Source: an uncultured Planctomycetia bacterium
Lineage (GTDB): Bacteria; Omnitrophota; Gorgyraeia; VGKH01; JBHPFN01
Assembly: GCA_964406665.1 (NCBI GenBank)
Contig: CAYOSQ010000001.1
Coordinates: 71,412 to 135,411, forward strand
Reading direction: 5' to 3'
Length of the DNA: 64,000 nucleotides
This document shows, one piece after another, positions 8,422-21,391 of this stretch. Position 1 is the stretch's first letter, and each line of letters starts with the position of its first letter. A program made the position numbers and the translations under genes. The notes below the pieces were generated by a model that had not been told where the DNA came from, searched no databases, and was given only the letters and a program-made list of their open reading frames with translations.

Positions 8422-10003
8422 TAACCACCACTTTTGCTGCGCTCATTTTAAGCTGCGCAACAGTAGTTAAAATTGTATAGCAAAACCAATAAAGCGCTAA
8501 ACCGCTGGGGAAATGATAAAAAATAAACGCAAATAAAATAGGAAAAACAACGGCCATAATTCGCTGCTGCTCAGCAGCTTGTCCCGTAGCAACGTTATTT
8601 TTCATAGACATTTTTTGCTGGACAGCCATTGCAACAGCCATCAAAAGAGGCAACAAGTTAATGTCCGAGCCAATAACGGGAAATTCTCCAGATAGGACAA
8701 ATAAACGATCTGGCTCAGATAAATCTTTAATCCACAAGAAATTAGCGCCTTTCAATTGAATAGAGCGCATTAAAGTCTGGTAAAGCGAGAAGAAAACCGG
8801 CATCTGGAAAACAAGCGGCAAACAACCACCAAACGGATTAACCTTGTTTTTACGATAAAGCTCCATAACCTCTTTGTTCATTTTTTGAGGATTATCCTTA
8901 TGCTGGCTGCGTATTTGCTCCATTTCCGGTTGCAATGCTTGGAGTCGCTTCATAGAATTCAAGCTTTTGCTCGTAAACGGATAAAGGCAAGAGAAAATCA
9001 ACACGCTCAGCAAAATAATACAAACTCCCCAATTAGGCACAATTTTATGGATCCATCGCAAAATTGACATTAACGAAGTAACAATAGCATCTAGCTTACC
9101 AAAATATACTATTTCTGCAAAAGATTGATCCGCGCTAGAGAGCAACTCAACATCTTGAGGGCCAGCATAAAGCACAGCCTGTAAATTAGCCCAACTTTGA
9201 GGTGCGATTTCCATAACAGTTGGCCTTATGGATGAAATATATTGTCCAGAATCATTAACTTCTGCAGAAAAACCACTAACAGTAAACAATGGCTTAAAAA
9301 TAACGCAAAAATATTTACCGCGACTTCCAACCCATTGCAATGAAGAGGTTATTTCTAATCCCGATTTTTTACTTATACGAGTGTAATTTTTACGTAACAT
9401 CTTATCTGGTAAGGAGATAGACAATTCTATGAAATTCTTTTCGCGACCAGATAGCTTTGGCGATTCGGAATTCATATCTACTGAATGGCATAAAACAGGA
9501 GGGATTAATATGTTTTTTTCACTGCTCAAATTTTTTATCTTCAAACCTAACTCTATGCTATTATTTGACTTATTAACTGAAAATGTTTTTGTAATATCTA
9601 CTTTATCGTCGACATAAGTAAGCTCTGCCTTATTGTCAGATTGGACAAAAACAAATGGTGTACTCTCAAATCCTTCTAATCCAAAAATATTTTTTTGCAA
9701 AAGTAAACTATCATATTTCTTAATTCGTACTTCTTTTAAACTGCCACCAAGCTTTGAGAAAACAAGCTTCAGCTCAGGGGTGTCCATCTCATAAAGTTCA
9801 TCAGATAAAATCTCTGAATCCTGGTAAACAGGAGATGATGTTGCAGCGCTGACTGGGGCTAATTGCGCGCCAGAAGTAGTTTCTGCCGGTAAAATTTCGC
9901 TAACTTCTTTATCCACAGGCGGATACATCTTTGTGACAATCTTTTGATACGAAACAAGCACCAAAAAGCATAGTGCTAAAGCTAATATTGTTCTTTTTTC
10001 CAT
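8414..10003 (-). CDS. yidC: Membrane protein insertase YidC (with periplasmic domain)
   Basis: NWGVCII, KVNPFGGCLP, FLWIKDLS.PD, GLALYW. Confidence 0.96.
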   Translation of the reverse strand: MEKRTILALALCFLVLVSYQKIVTKMYPPVDKEVSEILPAETTSGAQLAPVSAATSSPVYQDSEILSDELYEMDTPELKLVFSKLGGSLKEVRIKKYDSLLLQKNIFGLEGFESTPFVFVQSDNKAELTYVDDKVDITKTFSVNKSNNSIELGLKIKNLSSEKNILIPPVLCHSVDMNSESPKLSGREKNFIELSISLPDKMLRKNYTRISKKSGLEITSSLQWVGSRGKYFCVIFKPLFTVSGFSAEVNDSGQYISSIRPTVMEIAPQSWANLQAVLYAGPQDVELLSSADQSFAEIVYFGKLDAIVTSLMSILRWIHKIVPNWGVCIILLSVLIFSCLYPFTSKSLNSMKRLQALQPEMEQIRSQHKDNPQKMNKEVMELYRKNKVNPFGGCLPLVFQMPVFFSLYQTLMRSIQLKGANFLWIKDLSEPDRLFVLSGEFPVIGSDINLLPLLMAVAMAVQQKMSMKNNVATGQAAEQQRIMAVVFPILFAFIFYHFPSGLALYWFCYTILTTVAQLKMSAAKVVVNG

Positions 10004-10006
10004 ATT

Positions 10007-10213
10007 TTATTCTACAGGATCGTAGCCTCCTTCAAATAATTGATTACATCTTGCAACCCTGGAAACACCTTTTATTGTTCCTTTGACAAAACCCCATCTG
10101 TCCAGCGAACTTAAAAAATATTCAGAGCAAGACGGATAATACCTACAACTATGTGGTAGTATAGGGCTGATACATTTCCGATAAAAATTTATGAGAAGCT
10201 TTAGTATTATCAT
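10007..10213 (-). CDS. yidD: Membrane protein insertion efficiency factor YidD
   Basis: CRYYPSCSEY...RC....GGYDPV. Confidence 0.93.
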   Translation of the reverse strand: MIILKLLINFYRKCISPILPHSCRYYPSCSEYFLSSLDRWGFVKGTIKGVSRVARCNQLFEGGYDPVE

Positions 10214-10221
10214 GGATAGTA

Positions 10222-10359
10222 TCAGACAGCTAGACGCGCGCGGCCTTTGCGACGTCGTCGTTTTAAAACTGCGCGGCCAGAAGCAGAGCGCATTTTCCGA
10301 CGGAAACCATGCGTGCGCTTACCTTTTTTCTTTGTAGGAGTAGTGAGTGTTTTCTTCAT
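10222..10359 (-). CDS. rpmH: 50S ribosomal protein L34 (not in ORF track)
   Basis: Hand translation MKKTLTTPTKKKGKRTHGFRRKMRSASGRAVLKRRRRKGRARLAV; divergent from dnaA. Confidence 0.93.
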   Translation of the reverse strand: MKKTLTTPTKKKGKRTHGFRRKMRSASGRAVLKRRRRKGRARLAV

Positions 10360-10619
10360 GGTTTCAGAATTATAACATAATGGCTGTTGAAGTCAAGTAA
10401 TTTTGGCAGATAAAAATCGCATTGCAAATATTGTTGTTATGAATAACTGTGTTTTATTTTTTTGCATAGATCTGTTTTGGCAAAAATTTTTCATAGCGGT
10501 TTTTTTCACCTAAATAATTTCCTTTTGAGAATTAATAGCTATCAAAAAATGAAGAGAAAAATTTCCTTGAAAAATGTTTTTTCTTTGTTATAATGGTAAC
10601 ACTTAATTACAAAACTGGC

Positions 10620-10648
10620 TGTGCATAACTTGTGAATAATGTTAATAA
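10620..10648. promoter_or_regulatory. DnaA-box cluster upstream of dnaA
   Basis: TGTGCATAA, TGTGAATAA, TGTTAATAA near-consensus boxes (reverse of TTATNCACA). Confidence 0.7.
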
Positions 10649-10714
10649 CCGATTTTCAGTTATAGTGTGTTTACGAATTGCATGTGTTTCTCGCCGAGAA
10701 AATAGAAAGTTGCC

Positions 10715-12061
10715 GTGGAATTAAAAGAATTAAAAACTTATTGGGAACAAGCTCAGGGCTTTATTAAAGATCATGTTGGCCAAGCTGCGTATGAGACTTG
10801 GTTCTCTTCAATCCAGGCCGTACCCGCAAGCCCTGACCAAATCTTCCTTGAGATGCCTGATGACTTTTTCAAAGAGTGGGTGGTTGAACACTATGAAAAA
10901 ATCATACAGGAGTCGCTTAATAATGTTTCCGCTGAGGTCATCAAACTTGCTTTTAGGGTTAATCCTGATGTGATAAAAAAAGATGCTGTTGTTAAAGAAG
11001 TATCTCTCACACCAAGATACCCAATTCAAAACAGAAGACCTGCAGCTAACTTAAATCCGCGTTTTTCTTTTGATAGTTTTGTTGTGGGGCCCAGCAATCG
11101 CTTTACCCATGCTGCCTGTCAAGCCGTGGCTGAATCGCCTGCGAAAGCTTACAATCCGCTATTTATCTACGGTAAAGTAGGCTTGGGCAAAACTCATCTT
11201 ATGCAGGCAGTGGTACAAAAAATACGACAAGGCAAACCCGACTTGACGAGCTGTTATATAACTTCTGAACGCTTTACAAACGAACTTATAAACGCGATTC
11301 AACACCACTCAACCGAAAAATTCCGTCATAAATATAGGGAAATCGATATCCTACTTATTGATGATATCCAATTTATCGCCGGGAAGGAAGCCACACAAGA
11401 AGAATTTTTTCATACTTTTAACGCACTATATGACAACCATAACCAAATCGTGCTTTCTTCTGATAGGCCGCCTAAAGAAATTCAACACATGGAAGAAAGG
11501 CTTGTTTCTCGGTTCGCCTGGGGGCTTATAACTGACATACAACCACCGGATTACGAAACCCGTGTAGCCATTCTAAGGAAAAAAATTGAGAGAGAGCCCG
11601 TTAAGGCTCCTGATGATGTTATAGAATTTATTGCTCAACAAATTCAATCTAATATTCGCGAACTAGAGGGTGCACTTATTCGCGTGGTGGCATACTCGTT
11701 GTTGGAGGAAAAAGAAATTTGTTTAAGTATGGCTCAGGACGTTCTTAAAGATCTAGTGCGAGAAACCAGGGTGAATATCTCGGTTGAGGTTATTCAAAAA
11801 AAGGTGGCGGAAACATTTAATATCTCCATAAATGAACTTAAAGCAAAAAAGAGGAATAAAAACATTGTATTACCTAGGCAAATTGCTATGTTTCTATCTA
11901 GAGAACTTACAAATCTATCTTTGCCGGAAATCGGCGAGTCTTTTGGTGGTAAAGACCACACAACAATTTTACATGCCTGGAATAAAATACAAAGGGTCAT
12001 CAAAGAAGATCGAGACCTAAAATCAACGGTTGATAGAATTGTTCAAGGGTTTAAACAATAA
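10715..12061 (+). CDS. dnaA: Chromosomal replication initiator DnaA
   Basis: YNPLFIYGKVGLGKTHL, LLIDDIQF, RELEGAL, GGKDHTT. Confidence 0.99.
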   Translation: MELKELKTYWEQAQGFIKDHVGQAAYETWFSSIQAVPASPDQIFLEMPDDFFKEWVVEHYEKIIQESLNNVSAEVIKLAFRVNPDVIKKDAVVKEVSLTPRYPIQNRRPAANLNPRFSFDSFVVGPSNRFTHAACQAVAESPAKAYNPLFIYGKVGLGKTHLMQAVVQKIRQGKPDLTSCYITSERFTNELINAIQHHSTEKFRHKYREIDILLIDDIQFIAGKEATQEEFFHTFNALYDNHNQIVLSSDRPPKEIQHMEERLVSRFAWGLITDIQPPDYETRVAILRKKIEREPVKAPDDVIEFIAQQIQSNIRELEGALIRVVAYSLLEEKEICLSMAQDVLKDLVRETRVNISVEVIQKKVAETFNISINELKAKKRNKNIVLPRQIAMFLSRELTNLSLPEIGESFGGKDHTTILHAWNKIQRVIKEDRDLKSTVDRIVQGFKQ

Positions 12062-12200
12062 TACACAAGGTTATACATATATTATTCACAAGACGAATTA
12101 TTATATTATATTTAACTTAAAACACTTAGAAACATATTAACTTATAAACAAACACTATTATAACTATTACTATTTTTATGTTAATAAATATATATAAGGA
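12058..12200. other. Probable oriC unwinding region (dnaA-dnaN spacer)
   Basis: TTATTCACA (12082-12090) plus degenerate boxes, followed by DnaA-trio-like ACTATTATAACTATTACTATT and a very AT-rich tract; coding strand switches here. Confidence 0.75.
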
Positions 12201-12206
12201 GACTCA

Positions 12207-13289
12207 ATGAAAATTCAAATTGACAAAGGAGATTTATTAAAAGGTATCCAAACAGTACAAAACACAATATCTTCAAAAATAAGCCTACCCATTTTAAACA
12301 ATATACTTATAGAAACACAGGGTAAAAACTTACGGTTTATAGGTACTGATTTAGATGTTGGTATATCCTGTTTAGCACCTGTTAACATTTTAAGTGAGGG
12401 AGCGATAACTTTACCAGCAAAAAAAATAGGCGATATCATAAGAGAGCTACCAAATGGTGAGGTTACTGTTATTGTTAAAAAGAACAACATGGTTGACATA
12501 GAAAGCGGCAGCTGTAGATTTAAATTAATGGGGTTGCCAAAAGATGAATTTCCAAAACTACCTGAATTTAAAGATAAAGAGTCTATAAAAATACCCAGGG
12601 AAGACTTAAAAGAAATGTTAAACCTAACCTCCTTCGCTGTGTCACATGAAGAAACACGCTATATTTTAAACGGAATTTTACTAGAGGTGAAAAACGGTGT
12701 TTTAAGATTGGTTGCAACCGACGGAAGAAGGCTGGCTTTGGCAGAGAAAAAAATAGATGCAAAAAAAGAGATAAGTGTTATATTGCCGATAAAAGCTGTA
12801 CAAGAACTAGTGCGCAACATTGTAGATGAGGGACCGTTGTCGCTTGTTGTGAGTGGTACACAAGCATTGTTTGAGATGGATGATTTTTTAATGGTTTCTC
12901 GTTTGATTGAAGGAGAGTTTCCTAATTATAACCAAGTTATTCCCGAAGCTACGGAAAATAAGATTAAGGTTGGTCGCGGAGAATTTTTAGCTGCTATTAA
13001 AAGAGCCAATCTTTTGTCTACTCAAGATTCTCAAGCGGTAAAATTTGAAATCTTCAAAAATCGCGTAGTTGTTTCTAAGGTAACCCCAGATTTAGGAGAG
13101 TCTCGAGAAGATGTGGGTGTAGAGTATTCAGGAAAAGAATTTTTTGTGGGATTTAACCCACACTATTTAATAGATGTATTAAAAAATCTCAATCAAGAAA
13201 CCATTGAGCTTGAGGTTACTGAAGCTGATAAACCTGGTGTAGTTAGAGCCCCGGGATATTTGTATCTAGTACTTCCTATGAGGTTGTAG
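12207..13289 (+). CDS. dnaN: DNA polymerase III beta sliding clamp
   Basis: PILNNIL, TDLD, ATDGRRLA, GFNPHYL, LPMRL. Confidence 0.98.
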   Translation: MKIQIDKGDLLKGIQTVQNTISSKISLPILNNILIETQGKNLRFIGTDLDVGISCLAPVNILSEGAITLPAKKIGDIIRELPNGEVTVIVKKNNMVDIESGSCRFKLMGLPKDEFPKLPEFKDKESIKIPREDLKEMLNLTSFAVSHEETRYILNGILLEVKNGVLRLVATDGRRLALAEKKIDAKKEISVILPIKAVQELVRNIVDEGPLSLVVSGTQALFEMDDFLMVSRLIEGEFPNYNQVIPEATENKIKVGRGEFLAAIKRANLLSTQDSQAVKFEIFKNRVVVSKVTPDLGESREDVGVEYSGKEFFVGFNPHYLIDVLKNLNQETIELEVTEADKPGVVRAPGYLYLVLPMRL

Positions 13290-13290
13290 T

Positions 13291-16103
<2,813 letters not shown>

Positions 16104-16203
16104 CAGTTAAAAGAGAACAGCTGGTTTTTATAATTCTTGTTTTTAAAAATTTTTTGTGATACAATTTGCTCTTAAAACATTTTTATAGTATAAGGATATA
16201 ATA

Positions 16204-18654
16204 ATGAGAAATTTCCAATCTAAAGAAAAAATTATTCCTGTTGGCATAGAAGAGGAGATGAAGGCATCTTATCTTTCGTATGCTATGAGCGTTATTGTTG
16301 GGCGTGCTCTGCCTGACATCAGAGATGGCTTAAAACCTGTGCATCGGCGCATATTGTTTGCCATGCAGGATCTTCATCTGGAGCACAATAAACCTTATAA
16401 AAAAAGCGCTCGAATTGTTGGAGAAACTTTAGGTAAATATCATCCTCATGGAGACATGGCAGTTTATGATGCTTTGGTTAGAATGGTGCAGGAATTTTCT
16501 TTGCGTCATCCGTTGATTGATGGTCAGGGAAACTTTGGTTCTGTTGACGGAGATGCTCCTGCAGCCATGAGATATACTGAGGCACGGCTGGCGTCTATTG
16601 CTTCAGAGATGTTGGTAGACATTGATAAAAACACCGTCGATTTTACACCTAACTTTGATTCTTCTTTAAAAGAACCTTCTGTTTTGCCGGCGAGCCTGCC
16701 GAATCTTTTGCTAAATGGCTCAAGCGGAATCGCTGTTGGTATGGCAACAAATATTCCTTCACACAACTTGGGCGAATTAGTTGACGGCATTACATATCTT
16801 GTTGATAATCCTGAGACAGAAATAAAAGGTCTGATGCGCTATATAAAAGGTCCTGATTTTCCTACCGGTGGAATTATTTGTGGTAAGGGCGGGATTAAAT
16901 CTGCTTTTGAAACAGGACGTGGCAAACTTTCTATCCGGGGTAGAGCGAACATAGAACGTCAGAAAGGCACCAAAGATGCAATAATCGTTTCTGAGATTCC
17001 TTATCAGGTGAACAAGGCAACTCTTATTGAAAACATGGCTCGTCTTGTGCAGGAGAAAACCATCGACGGCATTACTGATATCCGCGACGAATCTGACAAG
17101 AATGGTATGCGTGTTGTTATAGAATTACGCAGAGACGTTGAGCCACAAATAATATTAAATCAGCTTTATAAGCATACTCAATTGGAAACTACGTTTGGTG
17201 TTATCATGCTTGCCCTTGCCGATGGTAGGCCTCATATTTTAAATCTGAAACAGATTTTAGTATATTACATAGATCATCGCAAAAATATCATTAGAAGAAG
17301 AACCAAGTTTGAGTTAGATAAAGCTGAGCGCAGAGCTCATATTTTAGAAGGTTTAAAGATAGCTCTTAAATTCATAGATAAAATAATCAAAACCATCAAG
17401 ACTTCTAAAAACACAGCTGCTGCCAAAGTTGCTTTAATGAAAAATTTTGATTTATCCGATGTGCAAGCTCAGGCAATCCTAGAGATGCAGCTGCAGCGTT
17501 TAACAGCTTTAGAGCGAGACAAAATTGATGCCGAATATAAAGAGTTGCTTAAGAAAATCGAACTGCTTAAAGCCATACTTGCTTCTGAGAAAAAGGTTGA
17601 GGGAATAATTAAAGAAGAGCTTATTGCTATTAAGAAAAAATATGCAGATGAGCGCCGCACGGAAATTATTGCAGAAGTTGAAGAGATTGAAATAGAAGAC
17701 TTAATTGCCGAGGAAGATATGGTAATTACGCTTAGCCACGCAGGATATATTAAACGTTTAGCAGTTAGCGCGTATCGTAAGCAAAAACGCGGCGGTAAAG
17801 GTGTAACTGCTATGGAAACCCGAGAACAGGATTTTGTGAAACATCTTTTTATTGCTTCTACCAAAGACTACCTCTTGATTTTTACCAACAAAGGCCGTGC
17901 TCTATGGCTTAAGGTATACGAGCTACCCATTGCTTCTCGTTCAGCAAAAGGTAAGGCGATAGTTAACCTTCTTCAGGTTGCTTCTGACGAAACAATAACC
18001 TCGGTTGTGGCTGTTAAGGAATTTTCTGAAGATCAATATTTAGTGCTTTGTACAAGAGCAGGGCTTATCAAAAAAACACAACTTTCCGCATTCTCTAATC
18101 CACGTAAGGCAGGTATTGCCGCGATTACCTTAGATAAAGATGATCGTTTGGTTGATGCGGCTCTTGCTGACGGAAAACGCGAGATTTTATTAGCAACTAA
18201 AGAAGGCCAGGCTATTCGTTTTCACGAAAAACATGTTCGCGAAATGGGTAGGCAAGCCAAAGGTGTACGAGCAATCAAGCTTGCTAAAAAAGATGAAGTT
18301 GTAGGCATGGAGGTTCTTCCTCAGGAAATTCATAAAATGGAGATGACCTTTTTAACAGTTACTTCAGGCGGTTTTGCTAAGCGCACAAATTTTGAAGAAT
18401 ATCGCTTGCAAACTCGCGGGGGCAAAGGTATTATTAATCTGAAAGTTACAAGCAAAAATGGCCACGTTGTGGGAGTAAAGGCTATACATAAAGAAGACGA
18501 AATTATGTCGGTTACGCAGCAGGGTATGATAGTGCGCTGTCCGGCAAAAGATGTTCGCGCAAGCGGAAGAAGTACACAAGGTGTGCGCCTGATCAATATG
18601 GGAAAGGGCGACATAGTTTCTTCAGTTACTAGAGTTGTTGCAAAAGAAGAGTAA
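16204..18654 (+). CDS. gyrA: DNA gyrase subunit A
   Basis: [15 protein letters not shown], GyrA-box QKRGGKG. Confidence 0.99.
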   Translation: MRNFQSKEKIIPVGIEEEMKASYLSYAMSVIVGRALPDIRDGLKPVHRRILFAMQDLHLEHNKPYKKSARIVGETLGKYHPHGDMAVYDALVRMVQEFSLRHPLIDGQGNFGSVDGDAPAAMRYTEARLASIASEMLVDIDKNTVDFTPNFDSSLKEPSVLPASLPNLLLNGSSGIAVGMATNIPSHNLGELVDGITYLVDNPETEIKGLMRYIKGPDFPTGGIICGKGGIKSAFETGRGKLSIRGRANIERQKGTKDAIIVSEIPYQVNKATLIENMARLVQEKTIDGITDIRDESDKNGMRVVIELRRDVEPQIILNQLYKHTQLETTFGVIMLALADGRPHILNLKQILVYYIDHRKNIIRRRTKFELDKAERRAHILEGLKIALKFIDKIIKTIKTSKNTAAAKVALMKNFDLSDVQAQAILEMQLQRLTALERDKIDAEYKELLKKIELLKAILASEKKVEGIIKEELIAIKKKYADERRTEIIAEVEEIEIEDLIAEEDMVITLSHAGYIKRLAVSAYRKQKRGGKGVTAMETREQDFVKHLFIASTKDYLLIFTNKGRALWLKVYELPIASRSAKGKAIVNLLQVASDETITSVVAVKEFSEDQYLVLCTRAGLIKKTQLSAFSNPRKAGIAAITLDKDDRLVDAALADGKREILLATKEGQAIRFHEKHVREMGRQAKGVRAIKLAKKDEVVGMEVLPQEIHKMEMTFLTVTSGGFAKRTNFEEYRLQTRGGKGIINLKVTSKNGHVVGVKAIHKEDEIMSVTQQGMIVRCPAKDVRASGRSTQGVRLINMGKGDIVSSVTRVVAKEE

Positions 18655-18658
18655 TTAC

Positions 18659-18733
18659 GACCCCATCGTCTAGTCTGGTCTAGGACACAAGCTTTTCAAG
18701 CTTGCGACCGGGGTTCAAATCCCCGTGGGGTCG
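18659..18733 (+). tRNA. tRNA-Glu(TTC)
   Basis: GACCCCA...TGGGGTCG; CAAGC-TTTTCAA-GCTTG. Confidence 0.95.
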
Positions 18734-18839
18734 TAATTTTTTGTTTTGAAAGCGCTATCTCAAAAAGGCCTAATTCAGTGGCAAACTTACTATTAGCGTG
18801 ATATACTATAGGTGCGGAAGTAATACAATCGAATATAAT

Positions 18840-18868
18840 AAAAGGGTCAAGAAATTGACCCTTTTTTT
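18840..18868 (+). terminator. Intrinsic terminator after gyrA/tRNA-Glu
   Basis: AAAAGGGTCAA-GAAA-TTGACCCTTTT followed by T-run. Confidence 0.75.
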
Positions 18869-18974
18869 GTTGCTCTTTTAATAACAGTTTTATCAGGAAT
18901 TTAAGTACTTGTAAATACATTAGTTAAGAGTATTAAGTGTAAAAACAACATTTTTTAACCGCGCCACAAATATC

Positions 18975-19003
18975 TTGACATAATAATAAGCAAGTAGTAA
19001 AAT
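18975..19003 (+). promoter_or_regulatory. Sigma70-type promoter for the fimbrial-like cluster
   Basis: TTGACA-N17-TAAAAT. Confidence 0.6.
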
Positions 19004-19093
19004 AATCGCTAAGATTGACAACATGGATTTACCCAACTTCCTGAAAATTTTTATTAACAAAAGAAGTCGCTAGAAAAACTAGGACTTAAAGCC

Positions 19094-20509
19094 ATGGAAA
19101 GAAAGCCAAAAATCATATCTAAACACTCTTCAAAAGCATACCTATTATTTTTAATGGTCATAGGGGTTTGTTTTCTTTCTGCCAATACCTGCTTTGCTGC
19201 TTTCACTTTAAACGCTACTCCTTATGAAGGTGGATTCGACTTACGTTTTGGTTCTGTTGCAGGTGGGGCAAAGGCAAATAAGGAAGTTTCTATTAGCGTA
19301 ACAAGCGATATTGCAAAACAATATCGTGTAATTCAAACTTTTGCTCCTCTTACCAACTCAAAAGGTACAAAGCTGCCAACAAATTCTGTGAGAGTATATA
19401 CATTAAGAGGTTCTAATGCGGCAGGTACTTTGGGCTATGATGTTGAAAGCCCAATTTTTTTAGGCCCGATGGTTCTTTATACTTCTGCAAGCGCTGGCCG
19501 CAGCGATTCTTTTGTTGCAGTTTATTCTGTTGATGTGCCGGCAGATCAGGATCCTGGGCTGTATCGTGGCAGATTGATTTATAGTCTGGAGCCGATTGGA
19601 GCAGCTAACCAGGCACCAGTTATTAAAACACTAAATATATCTGTTGAAGTTGGATCATCTGCACAGCTTAAGGTCGAGACAATAACCGGCGGGAAGACAG
19701 TTATTTTAAAAACTTCCGCAAGTCAACAGGATTTATCACGAGACGTACGCATACAAGTAACTGGTTCTCTGGGCAATCGTTATCGTATTGTACAAAAACT
19801 GTCTAGGCCGATTACTAGTGCAACAGGAAAACAAATTGCCAAAGAGGGTGTATCTCTTTATGCACAAGGTGGAGAAAAAGGACAGCTTGGTATAAAAAAA
19901 CTCAGCTCTTTACCTGCAACGAATGTTATTTTATATACTTCTGACGAGCGCGGCAGCGCCGATGAAATCATTTTAACTTTTGCTTTGAATGATATCGATC
20001 AAGACGCCGGGATTTACCGTGGTGCATTAACATATACGATTGAAAGCTCTGTTCCTGTTAAGGGTGCAGGCATGACACAGATGTTGCCAATAGAAATTGA
20101 GGTGACTCCGTTGTTTAATCTTGTTGTTACAACAGATCATTCGGGCAGCATCGTTTTTAGAGATTTAAAACCGAACCAGCCTCCCAAGACAAGCGTATCT
20201 TATGTTGAGATCAAAACTAATTCTGATAAACCATATCAGGTAATGCAGACGGTTTCTGGTCTTTTAACTACCAAGGAAGGTAAAACAATTCCTGCGGGAT
20301 TTTTTAAATTGAAAACAACATCTGAAGAAAACAAAGATGGAATTAAATATCCTAAAGAGGCTGCTGTAGAGGATGGACAAATGGTTTTATTTACGTCGCG
20401 AGACGGAAAATCTGCGAAGCTGAAAGTTATTTATAAACTGGACATACCAAGAGACATCCATTCCGGTAACTATTCTACCGGAATTATATATTCTTTATTA
20501 GAGATGTAG
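19094..20509 (+). CDS. Secreted protein with three tandem pilin/WxL-like beta-sandwich repeats (putative tip subunit)
   Basis: Signal peptide; three repeats of Y.V.Q...G..(I/L)P...VL(Y/F)TS...G.Y.G.L.Y. Confidence 0.55.
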   Translation: MERKPKIISKHSSKAYLLFLMVIGVCFLSANTCFAAFTLNATPYEGGFDLRFGSVAGGAKANKEVSISVTSDIAKQYRVIQTFAPLTNSKGTKLPTNSVRVYTLRGSNAAGTLGYDVESPIFLGPMVLYTSASAGRSDSFVAVYSVDVPADQDPGLYRGRLIYSLEPIGAANQAPVIKTLNISVEVGSSAQLKVETITGGKTVILKTSASQQDLSRDVRIQVTGSLGNRYRIVQKLSRPITSATGKQIAKEGVSLYAQGGEKGQLGIKKLSSLPATNVILYTSDERGSADEIILTFALNDIDQDAGIYRGALTYTIESSVPVKGAGMTQMLPIEIEVTPLFNLVVTTDHSGSIVFRDLKPNQPPKTSVSYVEIKTNSDKPYQVMQTVSGLLTTKEGKTIPAGFFKLKTTSEENKDGIKYPKEAAVEDGQMVLFTSRDGKSAKLKVIYKLDIPRDIHSGNYSTGIIYSLLEM

Positions 20510-20550
20510 ATGCCTTATTGTAAATCTGACAACGAGGAGGGGAATTACAA

Positions 20551-21171
20551 ATGATTAGAAAAGCAACCATTGCATTGCTAGCGGTATTGTTTTTAGGCAT
20601 GAGTTCAATGTGCTATGCCGACAATATTGTGAACGTAGATGTCAACGCTCAGATCCCCGATATGCTGGAGTTGAGTTCATGGATTAAGTATTTTATGGAC
20701 GAAAACCAAACTCCATTAGGTGATGCTGAAAGCTTTGACTTTGAGACACTGACACATACCCTAGAAGGAGGAGGAGAGGCCGGCGTATGGTTTTCGAGGA
20801 AATGGTTTACCATTTATCTCGTTGCTAATACTGGTGGCAGACGCTATCAGCTTAAGCAAACCTGTACTGGTGTAACCTCTGGTGGCAACGACATCAACAG
20901 CGCATTCGTTGTTACGCCTAATTATTCAGAATATGATGAATTAGGTGGTGTACCACAGGGTCCGATTCCTGGAACAATAGGTGTTCCAAATTTGGCTGTA
21001 TCAACAGACCATGTCCTTTATACAAGTGACACTGGTGGTTTAGCTCGTATAATCCAGGGTATTTACGCTATTCCTAACGAGAGCGAAGTAACTGGATATG
21101 AATCAATTAGTTTTGATACTCCACAGGGTGTTTACGGTGGTGAGGTAGTTCTTACAGCGGTGCTGTATTAA
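20551..21171 (+). CDS. Secreted single-domain fimbrial/WxL-like subunit (putative major subunit)
   Basis: Strong GGAGG RBS, signal peptide, N-terminal VNVDVNAQIP strand, same RYQLKQ/VLYTS/GVYGGEVVLT motifs as the upstream repeats. Confidence 0.55.
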   Translation: MIRKATIALLAVLFLGMSSMCYADNIVNVDVNAQIPDMLELSSWIKYFMDENQTPLGDAESFDFETLTHTLEGGGEAGVWFSRKWFTIYLVANTGGRRYQLKQTCTGVTSGGNDINSAFVVTPNYSEYDELGGVPQGPIPGTIGVPNLAVSTDHVLYTSDTGGLARIIQGIYAIPNESEVTGYESISFDTPQGVYGGEVVLTAVLY

Positions 21172-21174
21172 TAT

Positions 21175-21363
21175 ATAGTTAAGGGGAAACAGTTGACCTC
21201 TTGCACAGCGCAGATCTTGTCTTTATAAGCTGCGATAGGCAAAACTTGTTGCCAGCTGAATAATAAATTCAAGAGAAAGCTTGTCATAATCTTTGATTGT
21301 TTGGTATAATATCATATAATATTTATCAAAGATTAAAAGGGGTCTGTGTTTCCCCTTAACTAT
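21175..21363 (+). other. Long structured inverted-repeat element between subunit and chaperone genes
   Basis: Perfect 17-bp IR ATAGTTAAGGGGAAACA/TGTTTCCCCTTAACTAT enclosing several internal hairpins. Confidence 0.65.
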
Positions 21364-21391
21364 TATAAAGCACTAATTTATAAGGAGGCAA

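Noticed and set aside
18696-18920. 74-aa minus-strand ORF
   Set aside because: Antisense to tRNA-Glu and its terminator; no recognisable protein features
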